A stretch of 64,000 nt of DNA, taken from contig JBAZMD010000003.1 of the NCBI GenBank assembly GCA_041649955.1, forward strand, positions 877-64,876. The letters are read 5' to 3'. Position numbers and translations under genes: made by a program. The stretch comes from Patescibacteria group bacterium. Lineage in GTDB: Bacteria > Patescibacteriota > Patescibacteriia > UBA2591 > JAQUPP01. Under the pieces are notes generated by a model, which saw nothing but the letters and a program-made list of their open reading frames with translations, did not search any database and was not told the DNA's origin. Positions 21,034-30,264 of the stretch are shown here, in pieces (within the stretch, counting starts at the first letter, position 1; each line of letters starts with the position of its first letter).

Positions 21034-21192
21034 TATACCTATCTGAAATTCGTTGGCAATCTTATAATTTATTCTCTGTGTACTCATTTTGTACGTATAG
21101 ACATCTTGATTTATCAATAACAAAAGCATTGACAAAAAGCGGGGGGGGTAAACTATAAGTAAGGTTAAAAATTAATTATTAACTTAATTTTT
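21033..21192 (+). promoter_or_regulatory. Repeated upstream region copy 2: TTGACA-(18 nt incl. G8 tract)-TATAAG
   Basis: G8 at 21141-21148; otherwise identical 75-bp core to copy 1; contains a 24-bp insertion relative to copy 1 in the 5' half. Confidence 0.55.
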
Positions 21193-21233
21193 CCGAAATT
21201 GACTTAGTCATATAAGGAAAAATAGAAAAAATT

Positions 21234-21962
21234 ATGCCAGAAAAAAATAGAGGATTTAATCCTGACACTTCACAAAATAAAGGAATAAAATCTCAAAATA
21301 TAGAGCTCTACGATAAAGAAGGAAGAGTGCAAGACCCTGAAATTGCGCAGGTAATGGCTAAGATTGAGAAACCTTATCGAGAGCAGAAACGATGGGGAGT
21401 ATTTGGTCCGTCTAAGAAAACAATAGAAAAAGGAGAACAGCTTGCTGAAGAGAGAGGAGAGGAATCTTTAGAAGGGCGGAAAGATCATTTACGAAGGGAA
21501 ATAATAGATACTATAAACTATCTATTGCATAAAAAGGGAACAGAACGCAGTATTAGTTATACAGCAAAAGGAGTACACCAATTTGGAGGTCCATGGAGCA
21601 AGATGGTACAAAATACAGAGCATAAGTTGGATTTAGATATAGCAGACGGAATATCAATAAATTACACTCTAATTGGCGGTGGTTTTGCACCAGACGGCCT
21701 TTTAATGAATGGACATAGTTTAGATATTGACAGGCTTAGTTATGATGAAAGAAAAACACTATTAAAGGCATTAAAGGAAACGGCAGAGCCATACAAAGTT
21801 TCCGATAGAGAGAGAAGTTTAAAAAAGGAAAATTCAAGGATTCTGTCAGACGAGAAAGTAAAAGGAAAACAGGAATCAGAACATAAGATCGCAGCAGAAG
21901 GAGAATCCAAGGTTGCAGAGTTGTTAAAAGAATTAGCAAAAAAATATAAAGAGAAAAATTAG
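21234..21962 (+). CDS. Hypothetical protein
   Basis: ORF only; hydrophilic, Lys/Glu-rich C-terminus; unrelated in sequence to 20018-20833 product. Confidence 0.45.
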   Translation: MPEKNRGFNPDTSQNKGIKSQNIELYDKEGRVQDPEIAQVMAKIEKPYREQKRWGVFGPSKKTIEKGEQLAEERGEESLEGRKDHLRREIIDTINYLLHKKGTERSISYTAKGVHQFGGPWSKMVQNTEHKLDLDIADGISINYTLIGGGFAPDGLLMNGHSLDIDRLSYDERKTLLKALKETAEPYKVSDRERSLKKENSRILSDEKVKGKQESEHKIAAEGESKVAELLKELAKKYKEKN

Positions 21963-22127
21963 TAAGATTCTGGTAAATAAATTTTTAAGAGGAATTAGAA
22001 ACAGCACAAATACCGAAGTTATTTTAACTTCGGTATTTGAATTTAAAAATTAACTAAAGTCAAATTCGGGACTGTTATCAAGCAGTCCCTCTTTTCTTTT
22101 TTTAAAAAAGCGTTATAATAATCATAT

Positions 22128-23459
22128 ATGGCAAAAGAACTAACAAAAATGGATAAAATAATTTCGTTGTGCAAACGCCGAGGATTTATATTCCCCGGTT
22201 CTGAAATATACGGCGGATTGGCCAATTCTTGGGATTTTGGCCCTCTTGGCGTTGAATTGAAAAATAATATCAAACGAGCTTGGTGGAAAGAAATAGTCCA
22301 AAAAAGAGATGACGTGGTGGGATTGGACAGCTCCATTTTAACGCCTAAAATTGTTTGGGAAGCATCAGGACATTTGGAAAATTTTACCGATCCTTTGGTG
22401 GAATGCAAAAAATGCCATCAGAGATTCAGATCTGACAAAATTGAAGGCAAAAAATGCCCGGATTGCGGCGGCGAACTTACCGAAGGCAAGAAATTCAATC
22501 TCTTGATGAAAACTCATTTAGGCGCGGTTGAAGGCTCTCAAGACGAGGCCTATATGCGCGGCGAAACTTGCCAAGGAATTTATTTGAATTATTTGAATGT
22601 TAAAGAATCAATGAGAAAAAAATTGCCGTTTGGCGTTGCTCAAGTCGGAAAGGCATTTAGAAATGAAATAACGCCCGGGAATTTTATTTTCAGAACGCGC
22701 GAATTTGAACAAATGGAAATGCAATATTTTGTTTCGCCCAAAGATGCGAATGAATATTATCAAGAATGGAAAGATTGGACTTTTGATTGGTATAAAAATT
22801 TGGTTTATCGTCCGGAAAATTTGCGCTTGCGCCAGCATGAAAAAGACGAATTGGCGCATTATGCCAAAGAGGCATGGGACGTAGAATACAAAACGCCGTT
22901 TGACGATTGGAGCGAATTCGCAGGTATCCATAATCGCGGAGATTGGGATTTATCGCGGCATGGGAAATACAGTGGCACGGACATGAATTACACAGATGAA
23001 GAAACTAAAGAAAAATTTATTCCTTATGTTGACGAAGTTTCCATGGGTGCGGACAGGGCGGTGTTATTATTCTTAATTGACGCTTATGACGAAGTTGAAA
23101 CCAGATCCGGAGGTGAAAATGCGGTTCATGAAACGGAAATAGTTTTGCGTCTTCACAAAAATTTAGCCCCGATCAAAGTGGCGATTTTACCATTATCCAA
23201 AAAAGAAGAATTGTCTCAACCGGCCAAGGAAATTTATCACGATTTGCAAAAATATTTTATGTGCCAATATGACGAAACGGCTTCCATCGGAAAACGTTAT
23301 CGCCGCCAAGATGAAATCGGCACGCCTTATTGCGTAACTGTTGATTTTGAAAGTTTGGAAGACAAAAAAGTGACTGTCCGCGACCGAGATACCATGAAAC
23401 AAGAAAGAATTTTAATTTCCGAATTAACCGGTTGGTTAAAAGATAAATTAGAAAATTAA
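22128..23459 (+). CDS. glyQS: Glycine--tRNA ligase (alpha2 dimeric type)
   Basis: 'FIFPGSEIYGGLANSWDFGPLGVELKNNIK', class II aaRS motifs, Zn-knuckle 'CKKCHQRF...CPDCGG'. Confidence 0.9.
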   Translation: MAKELTKMDKIISLCKRRGFIFPGSEIYGGLANSWDFGPLGVELKNNIKRAWWKEIVQKRDDVVGLDSSILTPKIVWEASGHLENFTDPLVECKKCHQRFRSDKIEGKKCPDCGGELTEGKKFNLLMKTHLGAVEGSQDEAYMRGETCQGIYLNYLNVKESMRKKLPFGVAQVGKAFRNEITPGNFIFRTREFEQMEMQYFVSPKDANEYYQEWKDWTFDWYKNLVYRPENLRLRQHEKDELAHYAKEAWDVEYKTPFDDWSEFAGIHNRGDWDLSRHGKYSGTDMNYTDEETKEKFIPYVDEVSMGADRAVLLFLIDAYDEVETRSGGENAVHETEIVLRLHKNLAPIKVAILPLSKKEELSQPAKEIYHDLQKYFMCQYDETASIGKRYRRQDEIGTPYCVTVDFESLEDKKVTVRDRDTMKQERILISELTGWLKDKLEN

Positions 23460-23462
23460 GGT

Positions 23463-24743
23463 ATGTACTTTCAAACAAAATTATCTCAAGGCCTTCGCTT
23501 AATTACAGTGCCGGTTAAAAATGCCGAGTCAGTGACAATTGAAGTGCTTTTGCCAATTGGTTCGCGTTATGAAACCAAGGATTTAAACGGCGCTTCTCAT
23601 TTTATTGAACACATGATGTTTAAAGGCACAAAGCGCCGGCCGTCTGCTTTATTGGTGGCAAAAGAATTGGATAGTTTGGGAGCGAGATATAATGCGTTTA
23701 CTTCCAAAGATCACACCGGTTATTGGATAAAAGCGGTTGATAATAAAACGGAAAAAGCTTTTGATATTTTGTCCGACATGGTTTTTAATTCTGTTTTTGA
23801 TAAAGAAGAATTTGAAAAAGAAAAAAAAGTTATTTTGGAGGAAATCAAAATGTATGAAGAAAATCCCTTGCTTCATATTGAAGATATGTTTGAAAAAGTT
23901 TTATTTGGAAGCCATCCCTTGGGTTGGCTGGTAAGCGGGGATATGCCGACTGTTCAAAAAATGAGCCAGCAAAAATTAATGGCGTACAAAGAAAAATTTT
24001 ATCAGCCGAATCAGATGATTGTGGTGGTGGCGGGCAATATTAAAAATCAAGAAGCCATTAAATTGGTTAAAAAATATTTCGGCGCTTATCAAGGCAAAAA
24101 AAATAAAACTGATTTCTCGCTGTTTAAAAATGAAGAAAAAAAACATTGGCCCAAAGCGAATATTTTATTCAAAGATACCAATCAGGTCCAAATCGCTTTA
24201 GGCGGCCTGGGTTATTCTTATCATCATCGTGATTTGGAAGCCGCTTCTGTTTTAAGCCTTATTTTAGGCGGTAATATGAGTTCGCGTCTTTTTACCGAGA
24301 TAAGAGTAAAAAGAGGATTGGCTTATTTTGTGGAAATGGAATTGGGCGTTTATCAAGACACGGGCAGTTTTGAAATTCGGGCCGGAGTTGATAAAAATAG
24401 AACTGAAGAAACATTAAAAGTTATTTTGGAAGAATTAAATAAAATCAAAAAACAAGGCGCAAGCAAAGAAGAATTGACCCGAGCCAAAGATTATATTGAA
24501 GGAACAATGAAACTTTCTTTTGAAGAATCAGCCACTTTGGCTTCATGGTACGGCAGGCAGTTATTATTGGTTGGCAAGATTATTACGCCGAAAGAAAAAT
24601 TAAAAAAGATAAAAATGGTCAGCCAGTCGGATATTCAAAGAATAGCCAACCAGCTTTTTAAAAACAAAAATTTAAATTTGGCTATGATCGGGCCGTTTAA
24701 AGAAAATCGCCAATTCTTGCGGATTTTGCAAGATGAGATATAA
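23463..24743 (+). CDS. M16 family zinc peptidase (pitrilysin/insulinase-like)
   Basis: Inverted zincin motif 'HFIEHMMFKGT' (HxxEH). Confidence 0.85.
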   Translation: MYFQTKLSQGLRLITVPVKNAESVTIEVLLPIGSRYETKDLNGASHFIEHMMFKGTKRRPSALLVAKELDSLGARYNAFTSKDHTGYWIKAVDNKTEKAFDILSDMVFNSVFDKEEFEKEKKVILEEIKMYEENPLLHIEDMFEKVLFGSHPLGWLVSGDMPTVQKMSQQKLMAYKEKFYQPNQMIVVVAGNIKNQEAIKLVKKYFGAYQGKKNKTDFSLFKNEEKKHWPKANILFKDTNQVQIALGGLGYSYHHRDLEAASVLSLILGGNMSSRLFTEIRVKRGLAYFVEMELGVYQDTGSFEIRAGVDKNRTEETLKVILEELNKIKKQGASKEELTRAKDYIEGTMKLSFEESATLASWYGRQLLLVGKIITPKEKLKKIKMVSQSDIQRIANQLFKNKNLNLAMIGPFKENRQFLRILQDEI

Positions 24744-24770
24744 TTAAAGTATAAATATAAATCAAAATTT

Positions 24771-25829
24771 ATGTTTGAAAACCAAAATGATTCAAATCCA
24801 AAAAACACTATAATTTTTAAAATAGACCCTTTGTCGGTGGTTAAAGTTGTTTTAGTTCTTCTGGGTTTTTGGTTTTTGTATTTTATCCGAGATATTATTT
24901 TTATGGTTTTAATCGCGGTTTTTTTGGCCGTGATTATTAATCCCACGGTTAATTTTTTTGAAAAAAGAAAATTCCCCCGCTGGCTGGGAGCCTTTATTAT
25001 TTATTTGATTATTTTTTTGATTTTGACCGGTCTTGGTTTTGCCGCTTGGCCGACTATTACAGAACAAGGTAAATTTTTTATTAATCAAGTTCCGGAATTT
25101 TTTCAATCAATTGTGGGAAAAATACCCGTAATGGCGCAGCAGCAATTCTTAAAAATCGGCAATCAATGGATGAATCAAAATTTTTTGGGAGATAATAATA
25201 TATTCTCTTTTTTAGGAGATATTATAGGACAAATTATTTCTTTATTTATGGTCCTAATAATATCTTTTTATTTATCCATTCAAAAGCGAACTTTTTATAA
25301 TTCTCTGAATTTAATGATTCCAAACAGATATCGCCATTTTTTTGAGCATTTTATGGCCTTAGCTCAAAAAGAAGTCAGTGCTTGGGTGAGGGGTCAATTT
25401 ATTATCTGTTTAATTATTGGTATTTTAACTTATATTGGTTTATTATTTTTGAAAATTAAATTTGCTTTAATCTTGGCTATTATTGCCGGATTATTTGAAA
25501 TTATTCCGTTTATCGGTCCTGTTTTAGCAGCGGTTCTGGCTGTAATTGTCGCTTTTGTTCAAGCACCGCTTTTAGGTTTATTAGTATTAATTTTTTATAT
25601 TATTGTCCAGCAAATTGAACGCATTATAATCTCTCCAAGCGTGATGTATAAGGTTATTGGTCTTAATCCGGCAATGGCTTTAATAGTGGTATTAATTGGG
25701 GGTAAATTAGCCGGTGCGATTGGAATGATTATTTCCATCCCGATTGCCACGGTTATCAGCATTTTAATCCGCGATTATTTTAAAGAAAAAAGAGAAGTTG
25801 AACTTGAAGAAAAAAATTTAAAAGCGTAA
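24771..25829 (+). CDS. AI-2E family transporter (PerM/UPF0118 permease)
   Basis: 8-TM topology and typical AI-2E family sequence pattern. Confidence 0.75.
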   Translation: MFENQNDSNPKNTIIFKIDPLSVVKVVLVLLGFWFLYFIRDIIFMVLIAVFLAVIINPTVNFFEKRKFPRWLGAFIIYLIIFLILTGLGFAAWPTITEQGKFFINQVPEFFQSIVGKIPVMAQQQFLKIGNQWMNQNFLGDNNIFSFLGDIIGQIISLFMVLIISFYLSIQKRTFYNSLNLMIPNRYRHFFEHFMALAQKEVSAWVRGQFIICLIIGILTYIGLLFLKIKFALILAIIAGLFEIIPFIGPVLAAVLAVIVAFVQAPLLGLLVLIFYIIVQQIERIIISPSVMYKVIGLNPAMALIVVLIGGKLAGAIGMIISIPIATVISILIRDYFKEKREVELEEKNLKA

Positions 25830-25841
25830 ATATTATTTATT

Positions 25842-26849
25842 ATGTTTTCTAAAAAAATCGGTATAGATTTAGGGACGGCCAATATCTTGGTTTATGTGCA
25901 AGGAAGAGGTATTGTTACTGATGAACCGTCAGTGGTGGCGATTTCTACTGTTGATAACAGTGTTTTAGCTGTTGGCGACGAAGCCAAGGCAATGATCGGC
26001 CGTACTCCTGATTCAATTGTGGCGAAAAAACCCTTGAAAGACGGCGTGATTGCGGATTACAAAACAACCGAAGCCATGTTAAGATATTTTATCGGCAAAG
26101 CAATCGGACGTTTTCGTCTTTTCAGGCCGGAAGTTATGGTGGCAGTGCCGGGTGGCATTACTTCAACTGAACGAAGAGCGGTAATTGACGCGACTATGGC
26201 CGCCGGCGCTCGAGCGGCTTATATTATTAAAGAACCAATTGCTTCGGCTATTGGCGCGAATATTCCCATTGGTTCGGCTTCAGGGCATATGATTGTTGAC
26301 ATGGGTGGAGGAACAACTGAATCAGCTGTCATATCTTTAGGCGGAATTGTTGCTTCAACTTCCATCAGAGTGGCAGGAAATAAATTGGACGCGGCAATTA
26401 TGGTCTTTATTAGAAAAAAATATAATTTAGCAATTGGCGAAAGAACAGCTGAAGATATTAAAATTAGAGTTGGTTCCGCTTTGCCATTAGAAAAAAAATT
26501 AAAAATGGATATTAAAGGCAGAGATATGATTACCGGTTTGCCGAAAATTATTACCATTGATTCTGATGATATAACCGAAGCTATTCAAGATGAACTTAAT
26601 GCTATTGTTTCAGCAATAAAATCCGTGCTTTATGAAACTCCACCCGAATTGGCGGCTGATATTATGGAAAAGGGCATGGTTCTATCCGGAGGCACGGCTT
26701 TGATCAGAAATATAGATAAACTTTTTACCCAGGTTACCGGCGTGCCGGCTTATGTAGCCGAAGAACCACTGCTTTGCGTGGCTCGAGGAACAGGCATAGC
26801 CTTGGAGAATTTGGATTCTTATAAAAAGAGTCTTATGGCAATGAAATAA
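25842..26849 (+). CDS. mreB: Rod shape-determining protein MreB
   Basis: '[14 protein letters not shown]', 'VDMGGGTTE', actin-fold motifs. Confidence 0.9.
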   Translation: MFSKKIGIDLGTANILVYVQGRGIVTDEPSVVAISTVDNSVLAVGDEAKAMIGRTPDSIVAKKPLKDGVIADYKTTEAMLRYFIGKAIGRFRLFRPEVMVAVPGGITSTERRAVIDATMAAGARAAYIIKEPIASAIGANIPIGSASGHMIVDMGGGTTESAVISLGGIVASTSIRVAGNKLDAAIMVFIRKKYNLAIGERTAEDIKIRVGSALPLEKKLKMDIKGRDMITGLPKIITIDSDDITEAIQDELNAIVSAIKSVLYETPPELAADIMEKGMVLSGGTALIRNIDKLFTQVTGVPAYVAEEPLLCVARGTGIALENLDSYKKSLMAMK

Positions 26850-26902
26850 AGGGCTTTCTTCAAATTTTAGAGTCCGGTAGGACGAATAAAATTTGATTAG
26901 AA

Positions 26903-27052
26903 AACCTTTACCCCCTCCTTTTGAGTGCTTTTAAATTCATATATAAAGACTTAATAAAGAAAGAGAGACAATTCTAAAATATAAAAGTTAGTTATCTTAA
27001 ACAACGGATTTAAAGGAGTACTGAAAGCATCTAAAAGGAGGGGGTACTCAAA
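26903..27052. repeat. Family-B inverted-repeat element, 'empty' copy (~150 bp, no ORF)
   Basis: Termini 'AACCTTTACCCCCTCCTTTTGAGTGCTTTT' and 'GGAGTACTGAAAGCATCTAAAAGGAGGGGGTACTCAAA' match (in reverse orientation) both ends of the GIY-YIG-containing element at 29758-30050. Confidence 0.65.
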
Positions 27053-27111
27053 ATTATAGTAAAATTTCCTTCTCCGCCAGCCGGCGGATCTAAAATTTTA
27101 ATAATTTTGGT

Positions 27112-28221
27112 ATGGTTATCGGTATTGATGCTTCGCGGGCAAATCGTCCGCAAAAAACAGGCGTTGAGTGGTATTCTTACCATTTGATTCAAGAATTTAA
27201 AAAAATCCCTCTGCCTCAGGGGGATAAATTTATTTTATACGCGCCGGAAAAACTAAAAGGCGACTTGGGAATTATGCCGGCCGGCTGGAAAGCTCAAATT
27301 TTATCTTGGCCTTTGAAATATTTTTGGACTCAAAAGAGATTGTCTTGGGAAATGTTGATTAATCCGCCGGATATTTTATTTGTTCCGGCTCATTGTTTGC
27401 CTGTTTTCTGCCGAGCCAAAAAAATAATGACCATTCACGATTTGGGATTCAAGCGTTTTCCGAAAGCTTATACTTTTGGGCAGAGAATTTATTACTCAAT
27501 GGTTCATTCTTTCGCCGCCAAATATGCCGACAAAATTATCACCCCGTCGGAATTTACAAAAGCAGAAATAATAAATTTATATAAAACAGATCCGAATAAA
27601 ATAGTCGTTATTCCCTTGGGATATAATAAATATTATAATTTAGTTGAAGATAAAAATAAAATAGAAGAAATTTTAACCAAATATCAGATTAAAAAGCCTT
27701 ATCTTTTTTTTGTCGGCCGGTTGGAGAAAAAGAAAAATATCAAAGGATTGGTTGATGCCTATCAGCAGCTTTTAAAACAAAATTATTCTTTGCAATTGGT
27801 TCTCGCCGGAAGTCCGGGATTCGGTTATCAAGAGGTAAAATCCCAAATTAAATCTTTGAGAGAAAAAATTCGTCAGATTAATTATGTTGAACCGAAAGAT
27901 TTGGTTTATTTGTATGCTAGCGCAGAAGCATTCATTTTCCCTTCTTTTTATGAAGGTTTTGGTATTCCTTTACTTGAAGCAATGGCTTGTGGCTGTCCGA
28001 TTGTTGCCTCAAATCAGGGTTCTTTGCCAGAAGTTGCTCAAGATGCGGCCTTGTATTTTGACCCCAGAAATTCCTTGCAAATGGTTGAAGCGATAAAAAG
28101 AATAATTAATGAGCAAGATTTAAGAAAAGAATTAATAGAAAAAGGATTGGCCAGAGTGAAAGAATTTTCTTGGCAAAAATGCGCTGAAAAAACTTTTAAA
28201 ACATTTAAAAATATAATTTAA
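27112..28221 (+). CDS. Glycosyltransferase family 4 (GT1-fold, retaining)
   Basis: C-terminal 'FPSFYEGFGIPLLEAMACGCPIVASN' EX7E-type motif. Confidence 0.85.
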   Translation: MVIGIDASRANRPQKTGVEWYSYHLIQEFKKIPLPQGDKFILYAPEKLKGDLGIMPAGWKAQILSWPLKYFWTQKRLSWEMLINPPDILFVPAHCLPVFCRAKKIMTIHDLGFKRFPKAYTFGQRIYYSMVHSFAAKYADKIITPSEFTKAEIINLYKTDPNKIVVIPLGYNKYYNLVEDKNKIEEILTKYQIKKPYLFFVGRLEKKKNIKGLVDAYQQLLKQNYSLQLVLAGSPGFGYQEVKSQIKSLREKIRQINYVEPKDLVYLYASAEAFIFPSFYEGFGIPLLEAMACGCPIVASNQGSLPEVAQDAALYFDPRNSLQMVEAIKRIINEQDLRKELIEKGLARVKEFSWQKCAEKTFKTFKNII

Positions 28222-28226
28222 AAAAT

Positions 28227-28949
28227 ATGAAAATACTTAAAGATGCCGGAAGTTTTGTAATTTTAACGCCTGAAGAAAATTTGAAATCGCAATTATTAAC
28301 CATTGAAAGAGCAGGGAGAACTTGTTATCAATCAGTTGCTCAAGAAATTACTCAAGAAACAGCGGAAAAATTCGTTAAAATGATTTTAAAACTCGGGCAT
28401 GAAAGCGTGATGGAGCACAGTTTGATGATTGTTCAATTTAATGATTGTTCCCGCGGTTTGACTCACGAATTGGTTCGCCATCGCATAATGGGTATTTCTC
28501 AAGAATCAACTCGTTATGTGGATTATGCCAAACCGGGAGCGGAAGTGGATTTGGAAAAATTTGAATTAAAATGCGTTGTCCCGGCTCATAAAGATGAAAA
28601 TGAAAAAGTGAAATTAGCTGACGGACGGGAAATGTCCATGGCCGAAATGCTTCAAGAAACGGAAAATTTTTATCGAGGCTTGAGAAAAGCGGGTTGGCTG
28701 CCGCAAGATGCCAGACAAATTTTGCCTACGGCGATTAAATCGCAAATTGTTGTTTCGGCGAATTTTCGCGAGTGGCGGCATATTTTTAAAATGCGAACTG
28801 CCAGGCCGGCTCATTGGGAAATCAGAGAGGTATTAGGGAAATTATTGGAAAAATTAAAAACGATTATTCCGGTTGTTTTTGAAGATTTTGTGGAAGCGGG
28901 TAAAGACGAAAATGGATTAAAATATTTTGAAAAAATCTCTCGCTCATAA
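28227..28949 (+). CDS. thyX: Flavin-dependent thymidylate synthase
   Basis: ThyX signature 'HELVRHRIMGISQESTRYV' (RHRx7S). Confidence 0.85.
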   Translation: MKILKDAGSFVILTPEENLKSQLLTIERAGRTCYQSVAQEITQETAEKFVKMILKLGHESVMEHSLMIVQFNDCSRGLTHELVRHRIMGISQESTRYVDYAKPGAEVDLEKFELKCVVPAHKDENEKVKLADGREMSMAEMLQETENFYRGLRKAGWLPQDARQILPTAIKSQIVVSANFREWRHIFKMRTARPAHWEIREVLGKLLEKLKTIIPVVFEDFVEAGKDENGLKYFEKISRS

Positions 28950-28958
28950 TAATAAAAC

Positions 28959-28996
28959 AAAAAATGACGATTATAAAGTTGTAATCGTCATTTTTT
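28959..28996 (+). terminator. Rho-independent terminator
   Basis: aaaaaatgacgattataaagttgtaatcgtcatttttt. Confidence 0.7.
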
Positions 28997-29011
28997 GTTT
29001 GGAATAAAATA

Positions 29012-29085
29012 CGGTCCGGACGGGGCTCGAACCCGCAACCTCATCCGTGACAGGGATGCGATCTAACCAGTTGATCTACCGGACC
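29012..29085 (-). tRNA. tRNA-Asp (anticodon GTC), no encoded CCA
   Basis: Reverse complement folds: acceptor ggtccgg/ccggacc, anticodon loop ctGTCac, T-arm gcgggttcgagcccc. Confidence 0.85.
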
Positions 29086-29118
29086 ATTGAAATTATTATA
29101 TCAATTTTTTATTTCTTG

Positions 29119-29245
29119 GCAAGCCCCCACACCAAACTTGTCGTTAATCTTACGAACAAGAAGGTATAAAGGCAAAGCCGCTTCGCTTTTATAATTTTGT
29201 ATAATAGAACTTCTGCGTTGAGTTGTGGTGTGGGGGCAAGCCCCC
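29119..29245. repeat. MITE-like element family A (termini GCAAGCCCCCACACCAAAC / GTTGTGGTGTGGGGGCAAGCCCCC)
   Basis: Terminal inverted repeats seen directly; 20 bp upstream of tRNA-Asp 5' end. Confidence 0.6.
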
Positions 29246-29297
29246 AAAAACAAATACTGCTCTTATAAAAAGGAAGCAGTATTTGTTTTTAAAGGTA

Positions 29298-29645
29298 TTA
29301 TTTTTTTATGGATTTAACCAATTCGGTGAAAACTTTCGGATAATTGCAAGCCAAGTTAGCCAAAGTTTTTCTGTCCAATTCTATTTTATTCTTTTTCAAA
29401 TCGTCAATAAATTTGGAATAAACAGTTCCGTTCTCTCGGCAACCGGCATTGATTTTAATCAACCATAAAGATCGGGCTGTTCTTTTCTTAACTTTTCTGC
29501 CTTGATAAGCGAAATTACCGGCTCTCCAAAGAGCGATTTTAGCTAATTTAAATTTATTTTTTCGGCCCCATTTAAAACCCTTTGCTTCTTTAAGTACATT
29601 TTTTCTTCTTTTAAGATGGGCCAGACCGCGTTTTACTCTAGGCAT
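29298..29645 (-). CDS. rplT: 50S ribosomal protein L20
   Basis: 'MPRVKRGLAHLKRRKNVLKEAKGF...ARSLWLIKINAGCRENG' canonical L20. Confidence 0.9.
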   Translation of the reverse strand: MPRVKRGLAHLKRRKNVLKEAKGFKWGRKNKFKLAKIALWRAGNFAYQGRKVKKRTARSLWLIKINAGCRENGTVYSKFIDDLKKNKIELDRKTLANLACNYPKVFTELVKSIKK

Positions 29646-29757
29646 ATACCAAATTTTTTAACCCAGCATTTTAAATATTTAGCCGGGGGATTTATTAAAT
29701 TTATTATTATTTCCTTTAATATATTATTAATCGTATAAAGAGCTGGGTTATTTAAAA

Positions 29758-30050
29758 TTTGAGTACCCCCTCCTTTTAGATGCTTTCAGTACTCCTTTTA
29801 ATTCGTTTTTTAAGATAACCCCAAGCACTTTTATATTTTTTAAGCTGTTTTTCTCGTTCCATTGCGTCTTTTTTATCTTGGTAGGCTTCATAATATATTA
29901 AGCCTAAAATTTGTTTCTCGCGTTGGTGGGTTTTAATTCTTTTCTTCAAGTCCGTAGAGAAACCAACATATATCGTTTCATTCGGTAATTTGACTAGATA
30001 GACATAATACATAAGTTCAAAAGCACTCAAAAGGAGGGGATAAAGGTTTT
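29758..30050 (-). mobile_element. Family-B TIR element carrying a GIY-YIG nuclease gene, inserted between rpmI and rplT
   Basis: Termini match the empty element at 26903-27052; internal ORF is GIY-YIG. Confidence 0.65.
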
Positions 30051-30078
30051 GTTGCTCCGACTTAACGTCCGGAGACAA
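29776..30078 (-). CDS. Small GIY-YIG nuclease family protein (true start probably Met at ~30012, 'MYYVYLVKL')
   Basis: 'YYVYLVKLPNETIYVGFSTDLKKRIKTHQ' = GIY-YIG motif block; ORF-track N-extension is encoded by the element's inverted-repeat terminus. Confidence 0.75.
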   Translation of the reverse strand: MSPDVKSEQQNLYPLLLSAFELMYYVYLVKLPNETIYVGFSTDLKKRIKTHQREKQILGLIYYEAYQDKKDAMEREKQLKKYKSAWGYLKKRIKRSTESI

Positions 30079-30084
30079 AACTCT

Positions 30085-30264
30085 TTAAATATAACTTTTA
30101 ACAGTTTTGGCGTAAGTTTTATAAACAGATTTATCAGATCTTTTATTTTTAGTTTTACTGCCTTTTTCTCGAGCATTAAAATGATCCTGCCCGCAAGTTT
30201 TATGCACGACCTTGCCAGTTTTCGTTAATCTGAATCTTTTGACAATTGCTTTATTTGTTTTCAT
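30085..30264 (-). CDS. rpmI: 50S ribosomal protein L35 (59 aa; below ORF-track size cutoff)
   Basis: Translation 'MKTNKAIVKRFRLTKTGKVVHKTCGQDHFNAREKGSKTKNKRSDKSVYKTYAKTVKSYI'; ATG overlaps infC stop (ATGA); classic infC-rpmI-rplT order. Confidence 0.8.
   Translation of the reverse strand: MKTNKAIVKRFRLTKTGKVVHKTCGQDHFNAREKGSKTKNKRSDKSVYKTYAKTVKSYI

Noticed and set aside
22043-22408. Minus-strand ORF overlapping glyQS start
   Set aside because: Antisense to a well-supported gene; no RBS or homology. Many other listed antisense ORFs were rejected in the same way, e.g. 1702-2101, 2287-2514, 8839-9138, 16362-16742, 23193-23478, 26219-26557, 47160-47452, 52226-52519, 60269-60661.
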